From Paraspadella gotoi (lineage: Eukaryota; Animalia; Chaetognatha): a stretch of DNA of 28,114 nucleotides. The stretch is taken from the NCBI GenBank assembly GCA_051294375.1, contig JBJCIZ010000401.1, positions 1 through 28,114 of the forward strand, read 5' to 3'. Within the stretch, counting starts at the first letter, position 1, and every line of letters begins with the position of its first letter. Below the pieces are notes generated by a model. It searched no databases, was not told the origin of the DNA, and worked only from the letters and a program-made list of their open reading frames with translations. The position numbers were made by a program, and so were the translations under genes. This document shows, one piece after another, positions 11,084-23,665 of the stretch.

Positions 11084-14000
11084 ATAATTTTAATATATAT
11101 ATCTATACTATTCTTTTAAAAGCTTCTAGTGTTGCAAAACCTCAAATGAACTAACTTCAACAAAAGTGTACATTTAAAAACCTCGATATTATAAGTAGTA
11201 AAAGAAAAAAAAATTTTAAAGAGAACTAGAAGTATATAAAAAAGGTTCAATTTTGACCGCCCGTATTAGATATTAAGGCCGGAACAGTGAAAACTAGAAG
11301 TCTCTCAAATAAATACATTGTAAGCGACTATTAAATAATATGAAAATGAAAATAATTTTTAAAATTTGGCTTATCAATTTTTTTTATAGATTCTGATAGA
11401 GCTTTAAAAGTTAGATAAAGGTTATTAATACAACTTTTTAAAAATTTTTTGTTTTTATTAATAAAAAATTATAAAAAAATAAAATCTCAATCAATAATGA
11501 TGATGATGAATGATTTTTTAAGGTTTTTTCTATTTTTAACCATTTATTGTCAAAATTTGAAAAACATTATAGTCATACATTTCATTTAACTTTTTAAGCT
11601 CTACAAGAACCCGTTTCTTTTTTGAGAGGAAAATGAGTTTCTACCTTTTAAAATCTCCTCTTGCTTGTTTTGGGTCATTTTTGTCTATCATTGTTAATTT
11701 ATATATATTTACACACAGTGAACCAAACCCAATGAACTAATTCAAAAGTTACATTGGAACACACTCGAATTTTAGTTAGTAGGAAGGGAACAAAAAATTT
11801 TATGAGAGTAACTTAAAGTTAACTAAACAACTCGTGTTCATTAGATAGATGGTCCCCTCTTATCTAAGAAATTATATAAAAATTTGCATCGCGCATTTAA
11901 ACAATGTTGAGGCTGAGGAACATTTTATACATTAATGAGAATCTTATTATTCTCATTGTGCTTAACATAACCGGTGTTTGAATGAAGGCTTTTCGTTTGT
12001 ATGGCTACGCTAGAGACTTTTAATAGGATAATATGTATATCTGAAATTGGTAACTAAACGATATTTCTTATTAATACTAAGTTGCAGACTTGTTTTATTT
12101 TACTGGATAATTCTGATCAGTCACGAAATCTATCGTCCTGAAACTTTAAAATTAATTAAACCATATCTTAAAAGCAAAGGATCGAGCTCAGCTTTGTATG
12201 ATTTAACAAATTATTGTATGCGCATGGAATTAACCTAAATGTATTGTATTTGCTCGATGGACTACCAAAAGGATTGATGCGATGATAACCAAAATTGTAT
12301 GGATGCGATATGTATGAAATAATCACTATTGTAAATACGGTTGGCGCAAATATAATAATATCTTATTGTATGGAATGATTAAGTACATTCTTAATATGAC
12401 GCGACGATGTAAGTTCATTAAAGAGAGAGATGAAGAGTAGACGCAGAGTTGAGGAAGAAAGTATGATCATGAGAGGTTTGATGCAGCACGAGTCAGATCA
12501 TTGAATATTGAAAGCAAAGTGGGGCTTGAGGCCAGTGTTTTTATCCACATCCTTTAAATAAAAGTCGAGATCGTTTTTTTGAGAAATTCTCTACTACTCA
12601 TTTTTCTCATATACTGACCACAATGAATGTGATGTCACTCCTTGCTACTATTTTCTCTGCTTCTTAGCTTTCTTATGTCCGCTACGATTCTTCGTTTTGT
12701 CTCCGCTCTTTCTCAATTCGGCCAATGTTAAAGCATTTACTCTTATCATAAACTCGGTCCCTAATCCAGTACTATCAATTTTTTCGGAGGAAATGTTTAG
12801 TATATCTCTCTTCTCAACAGTGGTCTTGTAGCAATGCGATCATATGAATACTAGTCAAATAATTCGTGTTTGAAAAAAATAAATACGTTTTAATCTACGG
12901 GCTGAAATATTACCGTATAAGACAGAGGCGGAGTGGATCATACTGGCCGCATCTAAGCAATATTTTTATCAATATGTACAGGGAGTTTATGACATATCTC
13001 TTTAATAGCACGATTACGTTGTCACATTTGTCAAATTTCTCCCAGTTGGTATATACCAGCAGTTAGTCAAAAACAGGGTACGCACTGAGTCATATCTCAA
13101 AATAATGATACCACAAGAGATTAAAATAAATGGTGAACAAGACTAAAATTGTCTTCATGAACAAAACGGGAAAGTCTGTTTATTGCCAAAATTTTAGATT
13201 TTGCCTTCGTAAATAATTCATTGATATGTATTGTCTACGTTAATTTGCGATCTATTTTACAACCTAAAAAACCGATTGTATCACATACAGGAATTCTTTC
13301 ATCGAACAAGTAAAGTTTTACATCATAGTTAAATAAAGATGGACATCTGGTTATTAGAATGCAGTTGGATTTTTCCGGACATAAACCTAGAGAGAAATAT
13401 AGAGAGAATAATAAAATATTAATAAAAGTTTTTAGAAGGAAAAAAATAAAAATCCACGAAAATTGGAAATAAATTTGGGATTTTGTATTGAAAAAAAAAG
13501 CGCGGAATAAATGGCGATAATAAAAGTTTTTAGAAGGAAAAAAATAATCAGAATTTTTCAAAAAACGAACGATCAGGCATGAGATCGTACAGAGAGATAG
13601 AGAGAGAGAGACAAAGCTGGAGGGCTGCTGGAAGGCCGCTGTACAGTCCCTGCAGAGACTGAACTCATTTTTTCTAAAAAAGAAAAACATATAGTATATA
13701 AATTAAGAATAAAAGAAAGGCAAAAATAGTTACAATTGTTTACAATTGGAAATTTTTTCCAATTTTTCCAATCGCAGCTTGTAAAAGATTTTATTTTATA
13801 TGTATTAATTGACCAGATTGCTTCTCATTAAAAGTTATTTTTTTTGAGTCACGCGATTTATTACTATAGAATTTAAAAATATTTTTTTTTGATCATTTCA
13901 TCCTTCAATATAATATACTGCAATATGTAATTAGATTAACGCATTCTATATACTAATTTGGATATTATAATGACTACTTTAATGTCATTTGCATATTGCC

Positions 14001-14596
14001 AGTAAATTAAAATGAAGTGGAAATTCAAACAAAAAAATACTTAAATCAAATGTAAATATAAAAATTATCACAGCTATTTCAAGATAGAGAAGCCATATCT
14101 AAATTTTTTAACTTACTATGATGGCACACTTTTATAAAACTTCATTGTAATTCATAATAATTTTTATTTAAAGAAAAAGGTAAGTTCCCAGCCAAACTAT
14201 AAAAGCGCCAGTAGTTTTATATAAAAACAGCGTTGACGCCGACGACCGACGACGACGACGTCACAAAGAAGCAAACCTAAAACATTATAGAGCCAGGACC
14301 AGGCGAAGCCTGTCCTGGCTTGATAATAAATCGTGTAAAATTCAAAATTCTTGTAAATCAATTTTAATGTTATTTTTTTTTTTTTTTTGTAAGATATTTA
14401 AGTATTTTTATTCAGTGAGTAAAATAACAACTTTTTTTATTCGCCAATTTTTATCTCGGACTCTCTCTCTCTTTTCTCTCTCTCTCTCTTCTCTTTGCAA
14501 TTAGACAATCCTTATGCTCATTTTTTCTGCATCTCTTTCTCTCTTCTCCTCTCTCTCTCTCTTGCATTGCGACTGATCCTTATGCTCATTTTACTG

Positions 14597-14638
<42 letters not shown>

Positions 14639-14849
14639 TTGCAATTGCGACGATCTTTATGCTTTTAGGATTTTTTTAACTTGCATCATTTTTTCTGCTT
14701 GCATTCATTTTTAAAACTTTGCATAATTTTTTAAACTTGCATAATTTTTTTCACATTAATTAATTAATTAATTATTAAAACATTTATTAGTAATCATAAA
14801 TTAGTAATCATAAATAAATAAAGATTCAAGTAAATGTGACTTTAAAGTT

Positions 14850-15770
14850 TTTTCCATTTAAACTCATTTCACTGGCACAATCTCGTCAAAACTTTATATC
14901 TACTTCTTCACACACTTTCCTACCCCGCTCACAAAAATTTCATGGGTAAAATAAGTAAAAAGATTCAAGTAAATGTGACTCAATTTTTTTCATTTAACTC
15001 ATTTCCACTCGTACGTTTCCACCGAAACTTTATATCAAGCAATGTTACACATTTTCTACCCACAAAAAAATTTGAACTTAATCTATCCATCCAATTATGA
15101 TTAATTAGAATATTTATTTGGTTAAAATAAGTAAAAATTATTTTAGTAAATGCGACTTATTGTTTTTCCACTAAACTCATTTCCACTCACACGATTCCGT
15201 CGAAACTTTATATCCAGCTTTATCACACACTTTCCTACCCACACACAAAGATTCATTCCAATCCAACCAGCCAATCACGAGTTATTGGAGCTTTTTGCTA
15301 AGGTGGGAACGGATGGACAGATTGATTGACTGTTTAATTAATTATTGATTAAATTAATTGATAAATTGATTAATTAACTGAATTTAATTTATTTGATTTA
15401 TAATACATCCTGCATATACATTTAATAAAGGGAAAAGAATCATAATCAATTAGTGAAACAGGTTTTTTGTTTTTTTCCATTTAAACTCATTTCCACTCAA
15501 ACGATTCCATCGAAACTTGGTTTCCTGTTCAATCACACACTTTTCTACTCACATTACAAATTTCAAATCATGCCCATCCACTCATGAGTATTGGTGTTCA
15601 AATAGTGAATATATTTTTTATTTTTTATTTTTTCCATTTTAAACTCATTTTCCACTCAGACATTCCATCAGAAACTTTATATACAGCTCAATCACACACT
15701 TACCTACCACACACACAAAATTCTTCAAATCATCCATCCAATCACGAGTAATTAGTGTTTTTTGCTAAGT
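14850..15770. repeat. Central ~130-180-bp tandem repeats of element 1 (mirrored at 16620-17545)
   Basis: About five units begin ttttccatttaaactcatttccact at ~14850, 14985, 15165, 15470 and 15630. Confidence 0.85.
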
Positions 15771-15973
15771 GGGACGGACGACGGAACGGAACGGACGGAC
15801 ATCGTTTTTTATTGCATAATTTATATCATAATTCGATGTTCTGACATGATATAAGTGATCCCCCGAACATATTGAGGGGCGGGACCGACAACCGAAAAGT
15901 GACTTAATAGAGTCGGGATCTGCTGAAAGCAGATCCGACTAAAAACTACACCCGCGCCGACCGACCGACGGAC

Positions 15974-16366
15974 CCAAGTCTTTGGTTTCGTCCTCCGAGT
16001 AAAAGTTGTTGATTCCAGCGACGTTGAAGGGATAAGACTTAAGAAGGATGTAGCATCCCGCGTCGGTGCTGAACTTGACCCCCGTGTAGACCAGATCGCC
16101 CGAGGCGGACTTAAGGTGGTCTGTACTGGGACAGGTTACATGAAAGTTCATTCCTGAGTGCATCGGGAAAGTCGTAGACTTGGGATCCTTGTGTCGGTTC
16201 TGCTTCTGATTGAGCACTTCCTCCAGAGTCCCGCACTGGAAAAACTCTGCCCGCATGAAGTCCTGGCGACAGGTCATTCCATAATGCTGACAGGCCAGCT
16301 CGAAGTTGACCACTTTGCTCTTGGTTTATGGCCAAGGATTGGTAGTGGGATAATGGGATGAATGGA
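15974..16366 (-). CDS. Probable internal exon of a Cys-containing host protein (weakly C-type-lectin-like, N-half)
   Basis: Unique GC-richer island with an open frame VVNFELACQHYGMTCRQ..GDLVYTGVKFSTDAGCYILLKSYPF.., many C/G-ending codons and an acceptor tttaatttag at 16367. One stop or frameshift lies near 16325. The donor position is uncertain. Confidence 0.55.
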
Positions 16367-18055
16367 CTAAATTAAAGCTTGCAATTATGAACACGAATAT
16401 TATAAATGGTGCATTTTATGCCTTATTTACAAGTGTAAAACTATAAATTTTTAGTCGGATCTGCTTTCAGCAGATCCCGAGCTCTATAGACTCATTTGTC
16501 GGTCCGTCGGTCCGCCCCTCAATATTGTCGGGCAGTCACTTATATCATGTCAGAACATCGAATTATGATAAATTATGCAAAAAAACGATGTCCCGTCCGT
16601 CTCCGTCCGTCCACTTAGCAAAAAACACTATTACTCGTGATTGGATGGATGATTTGAATGAAATTTCGTGTGTGGGTAGGTAAGTGTGTGATGAGCTGTA
16701 TATAAAGTTTCGATGGAATCGTGCGAGTGGAAAATGAGTTTAAATGGAAAAATAAAAAAATAAATTTTCACTATTTGACACCAATTACTCATGAGTGGAT
16801 GCGGGCGATTGATTTGAAATTTTGTATGTGAGTAGAAAAGTGTGTGCTTGAACAGGAAACCAAGTTTGGATGGAATGTTTGAGTGGAAATGAGTTTAAAT
16901 GGAAAAAAACAAAAAACCTGTTTCACTAATTGATTATGATTCTTTTCCTTTTAATATTAAATGTATATGCATAATATAATATATATAATATAATATTAAT
17001 AAATCAAATAATAATCATTCAATTAATCAATTAGTCAATTATTTAATCAATAATTAATTAAACAGTCAATCAATCTCCATTGTCCACCTTAGCAAAAAGC
17101 TTCAATAACTCGTGATTGTGGTTGGATTGGAATGAATTTTGTGTGTGGGTAGGAAAGTGTGTGATAAAGCTGGATATAAAGTTTCGACGGAATCGTGTGA
17201 GTGGAAATGAGTTAGGTGGAAAAAACATAAGTCGCATTTACTAAAATATTTTTACTTATTTTAACCAATAAATATTCTAATTAATCATAATTGGATGATA
17301 GATTAAGTTCAAATTTTTGTGTGGGTAGAAAAATGTGTAACGATGCTTGATATAAAGTTTCGGTGAAAAACGTACGAGTGGAAATGAGTTTAAATGAAAA
17401 AAAATATGAGTCACATTTACTTGAATCTTTTTACTTATTTTAACCATGAAATTTTGTGAGCGGGTAGGAAAGTGTGTGAAGAAGCTAGATATAAAGTTTT
17501 GACGGAATTGTGCCAGTGGAAATGAGTTTTAAATGGAAAAAAATAAGTCACATTTCTTGAATCTTTATTAATTATGATTACTAATTTATGATTACTAACA
17601 AATGTTTATAATTAATTAATTAATTAATGTGAAAAAAATGATGCAACTTAAAAAAATTATGCAAGTTTAAAAAATGATTGCAAGCAGAAAAATGATGCAA
17701 GTTTAAAAAAATCCTAAAAGCATAAAGGATCGTCGCAATTGCAAAGAGACGAGAGAGAGGAAAGAGAGAATAGAGAGAGAGAGAGAAAGAGAGCAGTAAA
17801 ATGAGCATAAGGATCAGTCGCAATTGCAAAGAGAGAGAGAGAGAGAGAGAAGAGAGAGGCAGAAAAATGAGGCATAAGGATCGTTGCATTGCAAAAGAGG
17901 GAGAGAGAGGAAGAGAGAAAGAGAGAGAGAGCCCCGAGATAAAAATTAGCGAATAAAAAAGTTGTTATTTTACTCACTGAATAAAAATACTTAAAATACT
18001 CACAAAATACATAAAATTGATTTACAAGGAATTTTGAATTGTTACATATCGATTT

Positions 18056-19666
18056 TATTATCCAGGCAGGGACAGGTTTCGCCTGGTCCTGGCTCTATAA
18101 TTTTTAGGATTGCTTCTTTGTAAACGTAGTCGTCATCGTCCGTCGTCGGCGGCGTCACGCTGTTTTTATATAAAAACTATTGCGCTTTTATAGTTTTGGC
18201 TGGGACTTACCGTTTTTCTTTAAATAAAAATTATTATGAATTACAATGAAGTTTTATAAAAGTGTGCCATCATAGTAGGTTAAAAATTTAGATATGGCTT
18301 CTCATCTTGAAATAGCTGTGATATTTTCATATTACATTTGGATTTAAGTATTTTTTGTTTGAATTTCCACTTCATTATGATTTACTGCAATATGCAAATG
18401 ACATTAAAGTACTCATTATAATATCCAAATTAGTATATAAAATATATATATAATATCATCGCAGGATAAAAAATCCTACTCAAAGTAGAAACGGATCGGA
18501 GGATCGGGAAATCTCCGCCGATATGGAATCGCCGAATCATGATTGGCCGAGACGGAATCGGCCTCGACCAATCAGCTTGCAGAAACCATGAAATTGTAAA
18601 AATAGCCCATGCCTCTGATCCTCTTCTCCAGATATAAATAGACCTAGCTTTCTTTAGTTTCAGTAGAATTGATCTGACTCCTGTGTGTGTCTCACCGTCA
18701 TTGTATTATTCTCAGAATAAATCCCGTTTCGATTTCGACCATAGAAATCCATGAGTTTTTCCTTCGATGTGGTGACAGGACTTCTGGGCAAGACTCACCA
18801 CTCCTCCGAAAAGCCAAAGCCATAATATAATATAATAATAATATAATAATATATAATAATATATATAATATAATATAAGCCATAATATTGAAGATGAAAT
18901 TCAAAAAAAAATTTTTAAATCTATAAAAAATGGGAACTCAAAATAACTGTTTTACATGAGAAGCTATATCTTAATTTTAATACAAATAAAATAAAATTCG
19001 TTTAAAGCTGCGATTGAAAAAATTGGAAAAATTTCCAATTGTAAACAACTGTAAATATTTTTGCTTCTTTTATTTTCTTAATTATATATATATATGTTTC
19101 TTTTTAGAAAAAGTAGTTCAGTCTCTCAGGGACTGTACAGCGGCCTTCCACACCCTTCCAGCTTGTCTCCTCTTCTCTCTCTCTCTCTCTCTGACGATCT
19201 CATGCCTGATCGTTCGTTTTTTGAAAATTCTGATATTATTTTTTTCTTTCTAAAAACTTTTATTATCGCCATTTATTCCGCCGCTTTTTTATTTCAATAC
19301 AAAACCCAGAATATTAATTTATTTTTATCATCCAAATTATTTCCGGAAGATTATTTTATTTTCCTTCTTAAAACACTTTTATTAATATTTTATATTCTCT
19401 ATATTTCTCTCTCATATCAACTCCTTCTCCTCTCTTCTCCTCTCTCTCTTTCTCTCTCTTTAATTAACTCATCGCGTCAATGAATGACTATCCTCGCATC
19501 AATGAATGATTATCATCGCATCAATGAATGATTATCATCACATCCATCATTTGGTTATCATCGCATCAATCCTTTGGTTATCATCGCATCAATATTTGGT
19601 TATCATCGCATCAATATTTGGTTATCATCAAAAGCAGGCTCGATCCCTATTGCTTTTAAGATTTTT
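18056..19666 (+). mobile_element. Nested DINE-like element 2 (also 20893-22528 +, and ~12160-14328 -)
   Basis: 5' hairpin AGCCAGGAC-AGGCTTCGCCTG-GTCCTGGCT, a (GTC)n microsatellite and ~21-bp repeats ttggttatcatcgcatcaata. The 3' GGCTCGAT is complementary to the 5' ATC(C/A)AGCC. Both ends lie in a T-run. Confidence 0.65.
18456..18822 (+). mobile_element. Solo-LTR-like insertion (duplicate at ~21288-21648)
   Basis: ~365-bp GC-richer block with inverted CCAAT boxes, TATAAATA, AATAAA and a CA end, flanked by TAATA. Absent from the mirror position ~13910-13945. Confidence 0.55.
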
Positions 19667-19667
19667 A

Positions 19668-19778
19668 TTAATAAGTTGCAGACATGTTTCGACTCAGAGA
19701 TTTTCGAGTCTTCATCAGTCAAAAGCTCTGATGAAGACTCGAAAATCTCTGAGTCGAAACATGTCTGCAACTTATTAA
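19668..19778. ncRNA. Inverted pair of Penelope-type minimal hammerhead ribozyme motifs
   Basis: Perfect 51-bp arms around a 9-nt loop. Each strand reads CTGATGA-A-GACTC-gaaaatctct-GAGTC-GAAAC-AT-GTC, that is the core, stem II, a palindromic ACATGT stem III and a GUC site. Stem I is imperfect. Confidence 0.7.
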
Positions 19779-20666
19779 AAAAAAAATCGTTGTAACAATT
19801 CAAAATTTCTTGTAAATCTCTATACAACAACGAAAAGAAAGGATATACCATGGATAAAATTGATAAAATTATTATTCCGATAACATTGTTTAATCACATG
19901 CAATATATCTAGTAAGGCGGGCCAAAATTGAACACTTTTTATAACTTCTAGTTCTCTCAAAAAAAATTTTTTTTCCTTCTACTACTAAATCGATTTTTAA
20001 TGTAACTTTTTGAATTAGTTCATTGGGTTGTTGCAATGAAGCTTTTAAATATTTATTAAGATATAACAAATTACAAAAATAATTTTAAAAAATTTTTTAA
20101 GAACGGTTTCTTGTAGAGCTTAAAAAGTTAAATGAAAGTTAGTACTATAATTTTTTCAAATTTTGATAATAAATTGGTTAAAAAAAGAAAAAACCTTAAA
20201 AAATCATCATCATCATCATTATTGATTGAATTTTATTTTTTTAAATTTTTTATTATTAACATAAAAAAATTTTAAAAAGTTGTATTAATAACCTTTATCT
20301 AATAAAGCTTCTATCAGAATCTATAAAAAAATTTGATAAGCCAAATTTTAAAAATTATTTTCATTTTCATATTATTTAATAGTCGCTTAACCATTATTTA
20401 TTTGAGAGAACTTTAGTTTTCAACCTGTTCCGGCCTAATATCTATAAAGCGGGTCAAAATGAACACCTTTTTATANNNNNNNNNNNNNNNNNNNNNNNNN
20501 CCTCTCTGGATTCTGGACGGGCTATTGGAGGGTTTTGGCGGAAACGAAGGGATCGGAGGGTACTTTATCTCTGAGGAGCATCGAGATCGAGAAAGAAGCA
20601 GAGGATAGCAGAGGATGAGAGAGAAAGAGAGCAGTAAAATGAGCATAAGGATAGTCGCAATTGCAA

Positions 20667-20697
<31 letters not shown>

Positions 20698-21996
20698 CGA
20701 AAAATGAGCATAAGGATCGTCGCAATTGCAAAGAGAGCAGAGAGAGAGAGAAAGAGAGAAAGAGAGAGAGAGTCCGAGATAAAATTAGCGAATAAAAAAG
20801 TTGTTATTTTACTCACTGAATAAAATACTTAAAATACTTACAAAACTAATAAATATTGATTTACAAGGAATTTTGAATTGTTACAAACGATTTTATATCC
20901 AGCCAGGACAGGCTTCGCCTGGTCCTGGCTCTATAATGTTTAGGATTGCTTCTTTGTAACGTAGTCGTCATCGTCGTCGTCGGCGGCGTCACGCTGTTTT
21001 TATATAAAAACTATTGCGCTTTTATAGTTTTGGCTGGGACTTACCGTTTTTCTTTAAATAAAAATTATTATGAATTACAATGAAGTTTTATAAAGTGTGC
21101 CATCATAGTAGGTTAAAATTTAGTATGGCTTCTCATTTTGAAATAGCTGTGATATTTTCATATTACATTTGATTTAAGGTTTTTTTTTGTTTGAATTTCC
21201 ACTTCATTATGATTTACTGCAATATGCAAATGACATTAAAGTACTCATTATAATATCCAAATTAGTATATAAAATATATATATAATATCATGCGCAGGAT
21301 AAAAAATCCTACTCAAAGTAGAAACGGATCGGAGGATGCTGGGAAATCTCCGCCGATATGGATCGCCGAATCATGATTGGCCGAGAGCGGAATCGCTCGA
21401 CCAATCAGCTGCAGAAACCATGAAATTGTAAAAATAGCCCATGCCTCTGATCCTCTTCTCCAGATATAAAGAACCTAGCTTTCTTTAGTTCAGTAGAATT
21501 GATCTGACTCCTGTGTGTGTCTCACCGTCATTGTATTATTCTCAGAATAATCCCGTTTCGATTCGACCATAGAAATCCATGAGTTTTCCTTCGATGTGGT
21601 GACAGGACTTCTGGGCAAGACTCACCACTCCTCCGAAAGCCAAAGCCATAATATAATATAATAATAATATACATAATTATATAATAATATATATAATATA
21701 ATATAAGCCATAATATTGAAGATGAAATTCAAAAAAAAATTTTAAATCTATAATAAAATGGGAACTCAAAATAACTTTTTAATGAGAAGCTATATCTTAA
21801 TTTTAATACAAATAAAAATAAAATCCTTTACAAGCTGCGATTGGAAAAAATTGGAAAAATTTCAATTGTAAACAATTGTAACATATTTTTGCCTTTCTTT
21901 ATTTCTTTAAATTATATATATATGTTTTTCTTTTTTAGAAAATGAGTTCAGTCTCTGCAGTGACTGTACAGCGGCCTTCCAGCAGCCTTCCAGCTT

Positions 21997-22030
<34 letters not shown>

Positions 22031-22289
22031 CGATCTCATGCCTGATCGTTCGTTTTTGAAAAATTCTGATTATTTTTTTCTTTCTAAAAAACTTTTATTA
22101 TCGCCATTTATTCCGCGCTTTTTTTCAATACAAAATCCCAAATTTATATCTGAGATTTTTGTGAATTTTTTTTATATACAAAATCCCAAATTTTATTTCC
22201 GAGATTTTCGGGATTTTTATTTTTTCCTTCTAAAAACTTTTATTAATATTTTATTATTCTCGTCTATATTTCTCTCTCAATCAACTCCT

Positions 22290-22324
<35 letters not shown>

Positions 22325-22530
22325 TAATTAACTCATCGCGTCAACGAATGACTATCCTCGCATCAATGAATGATTATCATCGCATCAATGAATGATTATA
22401 ATCACATCCATCATTTGTTATCATCGCATCAATCCTTTGGTTATCATCGCATCAATATTTGGTTATCATCGCATCAATATTTGGTTATCATCAAAAGCAG
22501 GCTCGATCCCTATTGCTTTTAAGATTTTTA

Positions 22531-22641
22531 TTAATAAGTTGCAGACATGTTTCGACTCAGAGATTTTCGAGTCTTCATCAGTCAAAAGCTCTGATGAAGA
22601 CTCGAAAATCTCTGAGTCGAAACATGTCTGCAACTTATTAA
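22531..22641. ncRNA. Identical second copy of the inverted hammerhead pair
   Basis: Same 111-bp sequence, lying inside the gap-flanking duplication. Confidence 0.65.
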
Positions 22642-23634
22642 AAAAAAATCGTTGTAACAATTCAAAATTTCTTGTAAATCTCTATACAACAACGAAAAGA
22701 AAGGATATACCATGGATAAATTGATAAAAATTATTATTTCCGATAACATTGTTTAATCACATGCAATATATCTAGTAAGGCGGGCCAAAATTGAACACTT
22801 TTTATAACTTCTAGTTCTCTCAAAAAAAATTTTTTTCCTTCTACTACTAAATCGATTTTAATGTAACTTTTTGAATTAGTTCATTGGTTGTGTGCAATGA
22901 AGCTTTTAAATATTTATTAAGATATAACAATTACAAAAAAAATTTTAAAAATTTTTTTAAGAACGGTTTCTTGTAGAGCTTAAAAAGTTAAATGAAAGTT
23001 AGTACTATAATTTTTTCAAATTTGATAATAAATTGGTTAAAAAAAGAAAAAACCTTAAAAATCATCATCATCATCATTATTGATTGAATTTTATTTTTTT
23101 AAATTTTTTATTATTAACATAAAAAAATTTTAAAAAGTTGTATTAATAACCTTTATCTAACTTTTAAAGCTTTATAAGAATCTATAAAAAAAATTGATAA
23201 GCCAATTTTAAAAATTATTTTCATTTTCATATTATTTAATAGTCGCTTAACCATTATTTATTTGAGAGAACTTTTAGTTTTCAACCTGTTCCGGCCTAAT
23301 ATCTAGTAAAGCGGGTCAAAATTTGAACACTTTTTATAACTTTTTTTTTTTCTTTTACTACTAAATCGATTTTAATGTAACTTTTTGAATTAGTTCATTG
23401 GGTTGTTGCAATGAAGCTTTAAAATAGTTATTTAATATATAATAATTATATAAAAGTTTTGACGGAATTGTGCCAATGGAAATGAGTTTAGATGGAAAAA
23501 CATAAGTACATTTACTTGAATCTTAATATTAATGATTACTAATAAATGTATTAATTAATTAATTAATTAATGTGAAAAAATGATGCAAGTTAAAAAATCT
23601 TAAAAGCATAAAGAGTCGTCGCAATTGCATAAAA

Positions 23635-23665
<31 letters not shown>

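Larger units (their letters stand above)
8040..15945 (-). mobile_element. Composite Helentron/DINE-1-like element 1, left copy
   Basis: The 5' end on the minus strand is TTTTT-AGTCGGATCTGC-TTTCA-GCAGATCCCGACT (hairpin), followed by GTCG/GTCC microsatellites and central tandem repeats. A noisy 3' end (tctgcctacgataattaatt, 8059-8078) mirrors 23862-23885. Block-wise reverse complement of 16448-23909. Confidence 0.7.
17781..23338. other. Direct 2.7-kb duplication around a 25-N gap (20476-20500)
   Basis: 17781-20475 matches 20617-23338, with differences dominated by small indels. About 115 bp of unalignable sequence lies just right of the gap. Confidence 0.9.

Noticed and set aside
9253-11085. 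165-206-aa ORFs (GIPP/GRNP repeats)
   Set aside because: They are by-products of a GC-rich 20-bp tandem repeat, open on both strands.
17620-17977. Leu/Ser-rich membrane-like ORFs (also 13235, 19094, 20413-20816, 21942, 26319)
   Set aside because: They derive from CT/GA microsatellites and AT-rich repeat sequence.
19506-19851. Overlapping ORFs with the same peptide on both strands (NKLQTCFDSEIFESSS)
   Set aside because: A consequence of the perfect palindrome.
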